A DNA stretch of 63,873 bases, the filler included. It is 9 parts of 9 records of this genome, joined end to end, with 100 filler letters (N's around TTAATTAATTAA, not from the genome) between each part and the next. Parts side by side here need not be neighbours in the genome. Positions count along the whole stretch, not along the records: positions 25,438 to 40,843 come from SRR20825010_1741; positions 40,944 to 53,153 come from SRR20825010_1743; 7 more parts are not named here. One strand, given 5' to 3'. Both the position numbers and the translations under genes were made by a program. Of the stretch, positions 38,714-48,401 are shown one piece after another. Position 1 is the first letter of the stretch. Each line of letters begins with the position of its first letter. Under the pieces are notes generated by a model. It searched no databases. It saw only the letters and a program-made list of their open reading frames with translations, and had not been told where the DNA came from.

Positions 38714-40321
38714 ATGCGTATTGCCGATGTGATTGCCCGCCGCCTGTACGAGGCGGGGGTCCGCTATGCTTTTGGCGTGCCGGGGGGCGAGGTGCTGACC
38801 CTTGTGGATGCGCTGGAGAAGGCCGGGATCAGGTTTCTGCTGGCCAAGCATGAGAATGCGGCGGGCTTCATGGCGGAAGGCGTCTGGCACATGACCGGCG
38901 CGCCCGGCGTGCAGGTCTGCACCGTCGGTCCGGGCGCGGCAAACGCCGTGAACGTCACCGCCAATGCGGAGCAGGACCGGGTGCCGCTGATCGTGCTCAC
39001 CGGCTGCGTCGATGCGGGTGAGGCCGTGACCTACAATCATCAGGTCTTCGACCACACGGCGGTTTTCGGCCCGGTCACCAAGGCCAGCGTCACCATGCCG
39101 GAAAAGAACGCGGACGCGCTGATCGACAAGCTGGTGCGCCTCGCCATGGCGGACCGGCCGGGCCCGGTGCATATCGATCTGCCCATCGCCGTCGCCGCGA
39201 AAGAGATCGCAGACGCCAAACCGGTCAGACGCCCGGCCCCCCAACCCTCCGCTCCCGCGCCGGGAGACGCGCTGGATGCCGCCCGTGCCGCGCTGGCCAA
39301 GGCCGAACGCCCGCTGATCGTCGCCGGGCTCGACGTGGTCAATCAGAACGCGGCCGACACCCTGGCCGGTTTTGCCCGGAAATTCGGCGCGCCGGTGATC
39401 GCCAGCTACAAGGCCAAGGGGGTGTTGGCGGAAGACGACCCGCTGTCCCTCGGCGGCGCTGGCCTGTCCCCGCTCGCGGACACGCACCTGAAACCGGTGA
39501 TCGAGGCGGCAGATTTCATCCTGCTCGCAGGCTATGACCCGATCGAAATGCGCCCCGGCTGGCAGAACCTCTGGGATCCGGCGGAAAAGACCGTGGTCGA
39601 GCTGCTGGCCGCGTCCGAATATTCCTACATGCATGACGCCACGATGACCTTCCACGCCCATGTCGGCGAAAGCCTGAAGGCGCTCGGAGACGGCGTCGCG
39701 CCGCGCGCCACCTGGGACGGCCCCCTGATCGCCGACACCCGCTCCGCGCTCGCAGGCGCCTTCGGTCAGAACGAGGCCTGGGGCCCCGCCGCAATCACCA
39801 CCACTGTCCGCGCCAACACCCCGCGCGACGCGGTGCTGACCGTCGATAGCGGCGCCCACCGCATCCTCGCCAGCCAGGTCTGGGAAGCACAGGTGCCGCA
39901 CGCGGTCCTGCAATCCACCGGCCTCTGCACCATGGGCTGCGCCCTCCCCCTCGCCACCGGCGCCAAACTCGCCGCGCCCGACCGGGCGGTGGTGGCCTTT
40001 ACCGGTGACGGCGGCCTGGAGATGGTGCTGGGAGAGCTGGTGGCCCTGCGGGACCTGAAGCTGCCGGTCATCGTCGTCGTCTTCGTCGACGCCTCGCTGG
40101 CGCTGATCGAGAAGAAACAGCGGGAGATGAAATACGGCAATGCCGGGGTCGATATGCAGGAGACGGATTTCGTCGCCATCGCCGAAGCGCTCGGCGGCAA
40201 GGGTGTGTGGTGCGAGGACCGGGAGACACTGGCCGAAGCGGTGCGGACCGGTCTTACGGCGGATACGTTTACGCTCTGCGCCTGCCGGATTGACCGGCAG
40301 AGTTACGACGGCCGGATCTAG
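38714..40321 (+). CDS. Thiamine diphosphate-dependent enzyme (acetolactate synthase large-subunit-like)
   Basis: FGVPGGE, KHENAAGFMAEG, GPGAAN, RPGPVHIDLP, TMGCALP and GDGG...VFVD ThDP motif. Confidence 0.9.
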   Translation: MRIADVIARRLYEAGVRYAFGVPGGEVLTLVDALEKAGIRFLLAKHENAAGFMAEGVWHMTGAPGVQVCTVGPGAANAVNVTANAEQDRVPLIVLTGCVDAGEAVTYNHQVFDHTAVFGPVTKASVTMPEKNADALIDKLVRLAMADRPGPVHIDLPIAVAAKEIADAKPVRRPAPQPSAPAPGDALDAARAALAKAERPLIVAGLDVVNQNAADTLAGFARKFGAPVIASYKAKGVLAEDDPLSLGGAGLSPLADTHLKPVIEAADFILLAGYDPIEMRPGWQNLWDPAEKTVVELLAASEYSYMHDATMTFHAHVGESLKALGDGVAPRATWDGPLIADTRSALAGAFGQNEAWGPAAITTTVRANTPRDAVLTVDSGAHRILASQVWEAQVPHAVLQSTGLCTMGCALPLATGAKLAAPDRAVVAFTGDGGLEMVLGELVALRDLKLPVIVVVFVDASLALIEKKQREMKYGNAGVDMQETDFVAIAEALGGKGVWCEDRETLAEAVRTGLTADTFTLCACRIDRQSYDGRI

Positions 40322-40338
40322 CCCCACACCCTCCACCG

Positions 40339-40420
40339 TTTTCCCGGCCACCGAGCCGGGACCTGTCAGATCGTGGAGCGGAGCCCGTCCGAACAAGGTC
40401 CCGGATCAGGTCCGGGAAAA
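40339..40420. repeat. REP/MITE-like palindromic intergenic element
   Basis: TTTTCCCGGCCACCGAGCCGGGACCT...AGGTCCCGGATCAGGTCCGGGAAAA terminal inverted repeats; same family as 16179-16263. Confidence 0.7.
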
Positions 40421-40444
40421 GAGCGGAGGTGACGCCTCAGCCCC

Positions 40445-40843
40445 TCACCCGCACTTCGAATAGCCGCAGCTCGTGCACAGGTCGCAGCCTTCCTGTTTCA
40501 TCAGGGAGACATCGCCGCAGGTCGGGCACTGAGCCGGGATCGGGCCGCCGACGCCACGGCTGTCCATGGCGACGACCTTCTTCTTGCCGCCGAAATCCAT
40601 CTCCAGCGTATCCGGGTCTTTCAGAAAGTCGATCGCGTGCAAATGCTGTTCGATCACGCTGCCGATGGCCGCGAGCAGGGAGGGCACGTATTTGCCGCCC
40701 ATCCAGCAGCCGCCGCGCGGATCGAAGACCGCTTTCAGCTCCTCGACCACGAAGGAGACATCGCCGCCGCGCCGGAAGACCGCGCTGATCATCCGGGTCA
40801 GCGCCACGGTCCAGGCGTAATGCTCCATGTTCTTGGAATTGAT
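40445..40843 (-). CDS. nrdJ: Class II (B12-dependent) ribonucleotide reductase, C-terminal fragment
   Basis: INSKNMEHYAWTVALTRMISAVFRRGGDV...FDPRGG; terminal zinc ribbon CPTC...EGCDLCTSCGYSKCG. Confidence 0.88.
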   Translation of the reverse strand: MNSKNMEHYAWTVALTRMISAVFRRGGDVSFVVEELKAVFDPRGGCWMGGKYVPSLLAAIGSVIEQHLHAIDFLKDPDTLEMDFGGKKKVVAMDSRGVGGPIPAQCPTCGDVSLMKQEGCDLCTSCGYSKCG

Positions 40844-40943
40844 NNNNNNNNNNNNNNNNNNNNNNNNNNNNNNNNNNNNNNNNNNNNTTAATTAATTAAN
40901 NNNNNNNNNNNNNNNNNNNNNNNNNNNNNNNNNNNNNNNNNNN
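40844..40943. other. Artificial contig linker
   Basis: N-run with TTAATTAATTAA core. Confidence 0.99.
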
Positions 40944-42077
40944 TGCCCCTATTGCGACTTCAACAGCCATGTCTCCGCGAAGGTGGATCATGCGCGCTGG
41001 CGTGCGGCCTTCATTGAAGAGCTGAAATATTTCAAGGCACTGGCACCGGAACGCACCGTCTCCAGCATCTTCTTCGGCGGCGGCACGCCCTCGCTGATGG
41101 AGCCGGAAACGGTGGATGCGGTGATCTCCGAGATCCGCCGTCTGTGGCCCTGGAGCAACCAGGTCGAGATCACCCTGGAAGCGAACCCGACCTCGGTCGA
41201 GGCAGGCAAGTTCGCCGCTTTCCGGGAAGCCGGGGTGAACCGGGTCTCCCTCGGCATCCAGGCGCTGAACGACACGGATCTGAAATTCCTCGGCCGTACG
41301 CATGACGCGGCGGAAGCCCGGCGCGCGATTGGCATCGCCCGGGATAATTTCGAGCGCATGTCCTTCGATCTGATCTATGCCCGGCCGGGACAGACCGTGC
41401 CCGGCTGGCGCGCGGAGCTGAAAGAAGCGCTGGAACTCGCCGTCGATCACATTTCGCTCTACCAGCTCACGATCGAGCCGGAGACACCGTTCTTCGCCCG
41501 CCACGCAAAGGGCGAGATCAAACTGCCGAAGGACGACTCCCAGGCAGCGCTCTATGAAGCAACGCAGGAAGCGCTGGAACAGGCAGGCATGCCGGCCTAC
41601 GAGATCTCCAACCATGCGCGCAGCGGGGACGAATCCCGGCACAATCTGGTCTATTGGCGTTATCACGATTATGCAGGCATCGGTCCCGGCGCCCATTCCC
41701 GCATACGGGTTCCAGGCACGGACGGCAAAATCATTACGAAAGCGATCCAGACAGTACGGGCGCCCGCCATCTGGCTCGACCGCGTCGGCAAACAGGGCCA
41801 CGGCATCTCTGAGGAAGAATCTGTCGGCCGGACCGGGCGGCTGATCGAAATGCTGATGATGGGGCTCAGGCTGCGGGGCGGCGTCGATAAGGACCGGCTG
41901 GAACGGGAAGCCGGATGCGATCTGGAAGCGCTGTTCGGTGCCGGCCTGCTCTCCGATCTGGAAGAGGCCGGCTACATTGAGCCCCCGCACACCCGCCTTG
42001 CCGCGACCCTGGAAGGCCGCCAGCGCCTGAACGCAGTGATTGCGGCATTGACCGAAAAGCTCGAGGACGAGGCCTGA
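40944..42077 (+). CDS. hemW: Radical SAM heme chaperone HemW (5' truncated)
   Basis: CPYCDFNSH at contig start; FFGGGTPS, EITLEANP, YEISNHA, HNLVYW and GIGPGAH. Confidence 0.93.
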   Translation, partial: CPYCDFNSHVSAKVDHARWRAAFIEELKYFKALAPERTVSSIFFGGGTPSLMEPETVDAVISEIRRLWPWSNQVEITLEANPTSVEAGKFAAFREAGVNRVSLGIQALNDTDLKFLGRTHDAAEARRAIGIARDNFERMSFDLIYARPGQTVPGWRAELKEALELAVDHISLYQLTIEPETPFFARHAKGEIKLPKDDSQAALYEATQEALEQAGMPAYEISNHARSGDESRHNLVYWRYHDYAGIGPGAHSRIRVPGTDGKIITKAIQTVRAPAIWLDRVGKQGHGISEEESVGRTGRLIEMLMMGLRLRGGVDKDRLEREAGCDLEALFGAGLLSDLEEAGYIEPPHTRLAATLEGRQRLNAVIAALTEKLEDEA

Positions 42078-42111
42078 GCCTCACCCCCGCTACCCGTTTG
42101 ATCAGAAGCCG

Positions 42112-43566
42112 CTAGTTCGTCAGATCCATGAACTTCTCCGGCGCCGGATCGACCACATCAAGCGCCCTGTCGCCGATCTCGAAGACGGCAAGGCCACGCT
42201 GGTTCGTGCCATCCTCAACAAAGCGGAAGAGGCCGTTCAGCGCGACAAATCCGCTCCGCGACATCAGCGCCGCGCCACCGAAATTGGCGCCCCCTTCCCC
42301 GCGTTGCAGGGAAACGGTCAACGCAATCGAATCATAGGCGAGGGCAGCAAGCCCGGACGGTCGCTTGCCGAAGGCAGCCTCATACCGCAGCGCGAAATTT
42401 TCCCGGTAAAGCACGGGAGGAGCCGCAAACCATCCGCCGACCAGACTGGGCTCCGTGCCGAGGCTCGGATCTTCCCATTGCGCCGTACCAAGCAGCTTCA
42501 CCCGCCGCGTATCCACATCGTAATAGGCAAGCTGCGGCGCGATGGCGCGCAGCACATTGCCGCCTTCCGGGATCAGGATCGCGTCATAGGGCGGATCGCC
42601 CAGCGTATCCAGCGCTTCCAGCCGGGCAAGGGCCTGCCGGGATATCTCATCTGTCCGGCCGGCCAGCACGTCTTTCTGGATCTTCAGGGATTCCCGGCGG
42701 CTGTCATATTCCGCGAAGGACCGGGCAGTCTCGGAGAAATCGCTGGCCAACGGATCGTAATAGGCAATCCGGGTGATCTCTGCCCCGGACGCGATGGCGG
42801 AGGCACGGGCGCTTTCCAGCACCAGATCGCCGTAGCCGCCATGCGGCAGAAGCAGGCCTATCCGCCGGTAGCCGCGCTGCACGGCATACCTGATCACCCG
42901 TTCGATCTGCTGCTCCGGCATCAGGCCCATCAGATGAACCGGCGATCCGGCAACGGTGCGGTCGTTGGAAAAGGCAACCGCATTGATCCCGGCGGCCGCC
43001 ACAATCGGCCGGACAGCCGCGGCGGAACGTCCATAAAGCGGTCCGAGCACGATCTTCGCGCCGTCGGCCACGGCGAGTTTGGCCGCATCCTCCGCGCCTT
43101 CCGGCGTGCCTTGCGTGTCGTAAACCATCAGGTTGAAATCATCACCGGCGATGTCGAACACCGCCATCTGCGCGGCATCGAGCATGCTTTGCCCGACCGA
43201 GGCGCGGGCACCACTCAACGGCAACAGCATGGCAACGCCAACAGCCATTCCTTCCGGCTCAACCAGCTGCAAGGGCGTGGCAGGCGTTTCCAGCGACAGT
43301 TCCGTCTCGGGAACGGCAAGCCCCTTGCCCGACCCCGGCTCACCGGTCCCCGTTCCCGCAGCACCCGGCGGCGCGGCAGAGGGTAGCGGCTCCGCTGTCG
43401 TGGTGGGCACATCACTGGACTGCCGGCCGAAACCCGACAGGGGATTCGGTGTCTGGCAGCCTGCCAATACGAGGCAGGTCAGAAGCAGGCCCGGAAGCAG
43501 GCAGAGTCTGCCCTTCCCGGCCGCGCTGGCGAAAAGGGCTTGGAGAAACCGCCCGGTTCCTCCCAT
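42112..43566 (-). CDS. Penicillin-binding protein activator (LpoA/LppC-like lipoprotein)
   Basis: Lipobox LAGC; VAMLLPLSG, VLGPL and ALAYD periplasmic-binding fold; divergent from rsmI; start uncertain. Confidence 0.85.
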   Translation of the reverse strand: MGGTGRFLQALFASAAGKGRLCLLPGLLLTCLVLAGCQTPNPLSGFGRQSSDVPTTTAEPLPSAAPPGAAGTGTGEPGSGKGLAVPETELSLETPATPLQLVEPEGMAVGVAMLLPLSGARASVGQSMLDAAQMAVFDIAGDDFNLMVYDTQGTPEGAEDAAKLAVADGAKIVLGPLYGRSAAAVRPIVAAAGINAVAFSNDRTVAGSPVHLMGLMPEQQIERVIRYAVQRGYRRIGLLLPHGGYGDLVLESARASAIASGAEITRIAYYDPLASDFSETARSFAEYDSRRESLKIQKDVLAGRTDEISRQALARLEALDTLGDPPYDAILIPEGGNVLRAIAPQLAYYDVDTRRVKLLGTAQWEDPSLGTEPSLVGGWFAAPPVLYRENFALRYEAAFGKRPSGLAALAYDSIALTVSLQRGEGGANFGGAALMSRSGFVALNGLFRFVEDGTNQRGLAVFEIGDRALDVVDPAPEKFMDLTN

Positions 43567-43601
43567 AACTCGACTGTCACCCCAGTCATTTTCGGTACGG
43601 T

Positions 43602-44612
43602 ATGAAGACTCATACACCTCAGATCTCCTCCCGCTCTTCGGCGCCAAAGGCTAATCAAGCCGGCGACGAGAGTAAACCGCCGCAAGATGGCACCATTGTG
43701 ACCTCTGCCGTAACCCCTGTCGCGGCCACAATGCAGGAGCCGGAAGATGAGGGGCACACCGAGGCCCCCGGGCGTCCGGTCGAAGGGTTGATTCTGGTTG
43801 CCACACCGATCGGCAATCTCGGCGATATCTCACGCCGGGCACTGGAAACACTGGCCGCGGCCGACATCGTCGCCTGCGAGGATACACGGCTGACCGGACG
43901 CCTGCTGCAGCGCTTCGCCATCAAGGCCCGCATGCTCGCTTATCAGGATCACAATGCGGAGCGCAGCCGTCCCGAGCTGCTCCGCCTGCTCGCCGAGGGG
44001 AAAAGCATCGCGCTGGTGACCGATGCCGGAACGCCGACCATTTCCGACCCGGGCTACAAGCTGGTCCGCGAAGCCGCCGCCCAGGGCACGCCGGTCACGT
44101 CCGTGCCCGGACCGGCGGCGCCAATCGTTGCGCTTTCCATCTCCGGTTTGCCGACGGACCGATTCTTTTTCGGTGGCTTCCTGCCGACGAAACAGGGCGA
44201 GCGCCGCCGCATTCTGGAAGAAGTCTCCGGCCTGCGCGCTACGCTGATCTTCTTCGAGGCACCGCGCAGGCTGGCCGAATCCCTCGCTGTGGCGGCTGAA
44301 ATTCTCGGCCCCCGGGACATGGCCGTCGCGCGGGAACTGACAAAGCGGTTCGAGGATGTGAACCGTGGCCGGCTAGAGGATCTGGCCCGGCATTATGCGG
44401 AGACGGAGCCGCCAAAGGGCGAAGCGGTGCTGCTTTTCGGCCCGCCGGAGCAACATGACGAGATCGGCGAGGCGGAACTGGACGGCATGCTCACGGAAGC
44501 CCTCACCCGCCTGAAGGTCAAAGATGCGGCCAAGGAAATCGCCGCAAAGACCGGTTTGCCCCGCAAGACGATCTATGACCGGGCCGTGCAGTTGAAGGAC
44601 GGGGCCGGGTAA
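43602..44612 (+). CDS. rsmI: 16S rRNA (C1402-2'-O)-methyltransferase
   Basis: VATPIGNLGDI, ACEDTR, DAGTPTISDPG, FEAPRR and ARELTKRFE; true start may be downstream. Confidence 0.95.
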   Translation: MKTHTPQISSRSSAPKANQAGDESKPPQDGTIVTSAVTPVAATMQEPEDEGHTEAPGRPVEGLILVATPIGNLGDISRRALETLAAADIVACEDTRLTGRLLQRFAIKARMLAYQDHNAERSRPELLRLLAEGKSIALVTDAGTPTISDPGYKLVREAAAQGTPVTSVPGPAAPIVALSISGLPTDRFFFGGFLPTKQGERRRILEEVSGLRATLIFFEAPRRLAESLAVAAEILGPRDMAVARELTKRFEDVNRGRLEDLARHYAETEPPKGEAVLLFGPPEQHDEIGEAELDGMLTEALTRLKVKDAAKEIAAKTGLPRKTIYDRAVQLKDGAG

Positions 44613-45034
44613 TGTCCCGCCCGAGCGGAAAGCCGGGGTTCCAAACAGAGCGCAGGCGCGGCCAAAGGGAGCGCAAGCGCCGCGCCCTCCGCTACGGCGC
44701 GCTGGCCGAATGGCTTTGCCGCCTGATCCTTCGCCTGAAGGGTTACAGGGTGCTGGCGAGCCGCGTGCGCACGAAGGTCGGCGAAATCGATATTCTCGCG
44801 GAGCGCGGCCAGATCCTTGCCATCATCGAAGTGAAGGCAAGGCCAACCGAAGCTGCCGCCCTCCATGCCGTTTCGATTTCGCAACGGCAGCGCCTTGAAC
44901 GTGCCGCGCTCTGGGTCCAGCATGGAGATAGCCGGCTCACGAACCATTGCCTTAGATTCGACCTCTTCGCGGTGGCACACTGGCGCATTCCTCGCCATAT
45001 TCAGAATGCTTGGACCGTCGATCCCAACCGATAG
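44612..45034 (+). CDS. yraN: YraN family PD-(D/E)XK nuclease
   Basis: GEIDIL...IIEVKAR...RFD; follows rsmI. Confidence 0.92.
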   Translation: MSRPSGKPGFQTERRRGQRERKRRALRYGALAEWLCRLILRLKGYRVLASRVRTKVGEIDILAERGQILAIIEVKARPTEAAALHAVSISQRQRLERAALWVQHGDSRLTNHCLRFDLFAVAHWRIPRHIQNAWTVDPNR

Positions 45035-45043
45035 AGTGACCCG

Positions 45044-45634
45044 ATGCAAAACCGCCTCTTCTTCGTCCTGCTTCTCCTGATCGCCCCGCTGGGCCTTGGC
45101 GCCTGCACCCCGGTCGGCGTTGCCATCGGCGCCGGCGCGACCGCCGCCACCGCTGGCCAGTCGGAACGTGGCCTTGAGGGAACGGCCAAGGACATCGCGC
45201 TGAAGACGGAGATCAACCACTATCTGTTTCAGACAAACGTGGATCTGTTTTCCGCCGTCGGGCTTTCCGTAGATGACGGGCGCGTGCTGCTGACCGGTTC
45301 GGTGGAGAAACCGGAAGACCGGATCGAGGCTGCCCGGCTCGCCTGGAAGGCCGATGGTGTTCGCGAGGTGATCAACGAGGTTCAGGTTGTCGATAAATCG
45401 GACATCATCGACAAGGCCCGCGACAGCTGGATCGAAACCCAACTTGAAGCACAGCTGCTTTTCGACGGCTCCATCCAGTCGATCAACTATGACATCGATA
45501 CGGTCAACGGCACCGTCTATATCTTCGGCATTGCCCAGGACAATGCGGAGCAGCAGCGCGTCGTCAATCATGCGCGGAATATCAAATATGTCCGCAATGT
45601 CGTCAGCTATGTGCGCATCCGTGGCGCCTCGTAA
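45044..45634 (+). CDS. BON-domain lipoprotein (DolP/YraP-like)
   Basis: Lipobox LGAC; two BON domains (GRVLLTGSV, NGTVYIFGIA). Confidence 0.9.
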   Translation: MQNRLFFVLLLLIAPLGLGACTPVGVAIGAGATAATAGQSERGLEGTAKDIALKTEINHYLFQTNVDLFSAVGLSVDDGRVLLTGSVEKPEDRIEAARLAWKADGVREVINEVQVVDKSDIIDKARDSWIETQLEAQLLFDGSIQSINYDIDTVNGTVYIFGIAQDNAEQQRVVNHARNIKYVRNVVSYVRIRGAS

Positions 45635-45637
45635 ATA

Positions 45638-46471
45638 ATGACCTCCGAAATGGCCCCCGACCCGGAAGCCACCCGTACAGCTCTCGCCAGCTTCGGCCAG
45701 TCAGGCATGACGGGCGGCGATCTCGGCGAAGCCGCCCTGTTGCTCGCCGCGCTGGACAGCCCCGGTGTACCGTTGGGCCCATACTGGGACCATCTCGCCT
45801 CCCTCGCCGAGGCGGCGATGAAAGCGCCGGCAGAGTCCCCGGACGCTGGCCTGCGCCAGACCATTACCGGTGACTTTTCCTATGAAGGCGACCAGGAAAC
45901 CTATGACGATCCGCAAAATGCGAACCTGATCCGGGTGATTGACCGGCGCAAGGGCCTGCCGGTCGCCCTTGGTATCCTCTATATCGAGACGGCGCGCGCA
46001 CTCGGGCTTGAGGCCTGCGGTCTGAATTTCCCGAACCATTTTCTGATCCGGCTGCAATGGGACGGCGGGCGCGCCATTATCGACCCGTTCAATGGCGGCA
46101 AGAGCCTGGATGCCCGTGCCCTGCGGGCCCTGCTTACCCAATTTCAGGGAGCGCATGCCGAACTGACCCAGGCCCATTACAGCGATGTCAGCGATCTCGA
46201 TATTTTGTTGCGCCTTCAAAACAACATAAAGCTGCGCCTGCTCCGCGACGGCAAACTGGAACCGGCCCTGCAGGTCATCCGCGACATGCGGCTGCTCGCG
46301 CCCGGCATCCCGAGTTTGCTGCGCGAGGAGGGCCTGCTGCTGGCCCGCAAGGGTGAGCGGCGGGCGGCAATCGGCTGCCTGCGTGACTTTCTGACCCGGG
46401 ACGGTATCCGCGAGCCAGAGCGCGTGGATGTCACGCGGGTTCTTCAAGTGCTCGAAAGTCAATTGAACTGA
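45638..46471 (+). CDS. SirB1/transglutaminase-like protein with C-terminal TPR
   Basis: YDDPQNANLIRVIDRRKGLPVALGILY, NFPNHFL, IDPFNGG and LRLQNNIK. Confidence 0.88.
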   Translation: MTSEMAPDPEATRTALASFGQSGMTGGDLGEAALLLAALDSPGVPLGPYWDHLASLAEAAMKAPAESPDAGLRQTITGDFSYEGDQETYDDPQNANLIRVIDRRKGLPVALGILYIETARALGLEACGLNFPNHFLIRLQWDGGRAIIDPFNGGKSLDARALRALLTQFQGAHAELTQAHYSDVSDLDILLRLQNNIKLRLLRDGKLEPALQVIRDMRLLAPGIPSLLREEGLLLARKGERRAAIGCLRDFLTRDGIREPERVDVTRVLQVLESQLN

Positions 46472-46552
46472 GCCGGAAATCCAGTTGATCCGGCAGGCCC
46501 GATCACCACATAGTCCCGGCTCGTTAAAAGCGCTTACCTGACGGAGGAAGCA

Positions 46553-47491
46553 ATGGGTCTCGGCGTCGCCATCCAGATGGATCCCATCGAACATATCGAC
46601 ATCAACGGCGACAGCAGTTTCGCCATGGCACTTGAAGCCAAGCGGCGCGGCCACACGCTGTACCATTATCAGCCAAAGGATCTGAGCTTCCAGGACCGCA
46701 AGGTGATGGCCCGGGTCCGGGCTCTCGACGTGCGCCGCGAAGCGGGCAACCACTTCACGCTGGGCGCGCCCGAGCTGATCGACCTCTCCCAGATGGACGT
46801 CGTGCTGATGCGGCAGGACCCGCCTTTCGACATGTCCTACATCACCGCGACCCACATTCTGGAGCATATCCACCCAAAAACACTGGTGGTGAACGATCCG
46901 GTGGAAGTCCGGAACGCACCGGAAAAGCTGTTCGTCACCCATTTCGACAATGTCATGCCCCCGACCCTGATCACCCATGACCGGGAGCGGATCCAGGCTT
47001 TCCGGGCAGAGCATGAAGACATCATCGTCAAGCCGCTGTTCGGGAATGGCGGGGCTGGCGTGTTCCACCTGAAGCCCGGCGACGAGAACCTGAATTCGCT
47101 GCTGGAGCTGTTCACCGAAATGTATCGCGAGCCGGTGATCGTGCAGCGCTATCTGCCGGAAGTGCGGCAGGGCGACAAGCGAATCATCCTGATCGACGGC
47201 AAGCCGGTGGGCGCCATCAACCGGGTGCCCGCGGCTGGTGAAGCGCGCTCCAACATGCATGTCGGCGGCCGGGCGGAAAAGGTCGGCCTGACCAAGCGTG
47301 ACGCGGAAATCTGCGAGATCATCGGCCCGACCCTGGCCGAGAAGGGGCTGATTTTCGTCGGCATCGACGTGATCGGCGACTATCTGACGGAAATCAACGT
47401 GACCTCACCGACGGGCCTGCAGGAACTCGGCCGTTTCGACGGGCGCTCCATCGAGGCGGAACTCTGGGACGCCATCGAGTCCAAACGCTGA
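46553..47491 (+). CDS. gshB: Glutathione synthetase
   Basis: [35 protein letters not shown] and EINVTSPTG. Confidence 0.97.
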   Translation: MGLGVAIQMDPIEHIDINGDSSFAMALEAKRRGHTLYHYQPKDLSFQDRKVMARVRALDVRREAGNHFTLGAPELIDLSQMDVVLMRQDPPFDMSYITATHILEHIHPKTLVVNDPVEVRNAPEKLFVTHFDNVMPPTLITHDRERIQAFRAEHEDIIVKPLFGNGGAGVFHLKPGDENLNSLLELFTEMYREPVIVQRYLPEVRQGDKRIILIDGKPVGAINRVPAAGEARSNMHVGGRAEKVGLTKRDAEICEIIGPTLAEKGLIFVGIDVIGDYLTEINVTSPTGLQELGRFDGRSIEAELWDAIESKR

Positions 47492-47495
47492 AATC

Positions 47496-48329
47496 TCAAC
47501 TGCGCGGCGTCGCCCCAGATGACGAGACGATTGCCGCGCAGCCGAGGCGCGCCCGCAGCATATTGACCTGACCGCCAGGCGCTCTTTCCAGCTCCGGCGT
47601 GAATGCCAGACCGGACCGCACGGCGATTCCGGCAACAGATGCCTCATAGGCCCTGTCACAGAAATCCGCTTTGCGCGGCACTTCCTGGTCCAGCACGAAA
47701 CCCGCAACCTCAAGCTCGTCTCCGCGCAGCAGGGAGATGATTTTCCAGTAACCGCTTGGCACGCGGTGCGGCTCGTCCGCGCCCGGAAGCGTCGGCATCT
47801 CCCGCTCATAGAGCGGCCCGGTAAGGACATGAACAGTTCCGGCGCCAGACTTTGCAAGAACCCGGACTGCTGCCTCGAGCTCTTTCCAGGGACCCTGATT
47901 GAGAGCACTTTTCTGCGGCGTGATGTTCGAGAGATAGTTTGTCGCCTGCCAGCCGGGCGCGCCTGTGAAGCTGACCAGCGGCGCCTGATGCCCCCGGTCT
48001 GTTTTCAGCGCCTTGTGCGCTCCTTTGTAATCCGCCGGCTCCAGCGTTTCTTCCGGGGGTAACAAAGGGTCGGGACGCCATGACCGACGCTGCGAGCGGC
48101 CGATATCCGCCGGCGCGACTTCATAAGCCACCCAATCGGCGAACTTCGTCACGGCGTTGTTGGAAAATGTATGGCTGGCACGCACGATGATCCGGTTGGT
48201 GCTCTGCGTTACCGGGCATTGCTGGAAACAATTGGCATCCAGCGGCTCCGCCCGAGCCGATGACAGGAACAGGACGGACAGCAGGACAGAAGCGAGAAGC
48301 CGTGCCGGACTTGTTTTGTGAGCGAACAT
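47496..48329 (-). CDS. Secreted DNA/RNA non-specific endonuclease (NucA/Serratia type)
   Basis: Signal peptide; DRGHQAP active site; NYLSNITPQKSALNQGPW..LE and VPSGYWKI. Confidence 0.92.
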   Translation of the reverse strand: MFAHKTSPARLLASVLLSVLFLSSARAEPLDANCFQQCPVTQSTNRIIVRASHTFSNNAVTKFADWVAYEVAPADIGRSQRRSWRPDPLLPPEETLEPADYKGAHKALKTDRGHQAPLVSFTGAPGWQATNYLSNITPQKSALNQGPWKELEAAVRVLAKSGAGTVHVLTGPLYEREMPTLPGADEPHRVPSGYWKIISLLRGDELEVAGFVLDQEVPRKADFCDRAYEASVAGIAVRSGLAFTPELERAPGGQVNMLRARLGCAAIVSSSGATPRS

Positions 48330-48401
48330 GAACAATCGCACCGATGATATCGATGCGATTGAATATCATATTATTCTCTTTTGAGTAGAAAATTATGTCC
48401 G

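Noticed and set aside
13281-40843. A single B12 gene cluster linking the cobalamin enzyme with cbiB, cobU and nrdJ
   Set aside because: The B12 enzyme is on contig C and the others on contig E, with two linkers and an unrelated contig between them; no physical linkage can be claimed.
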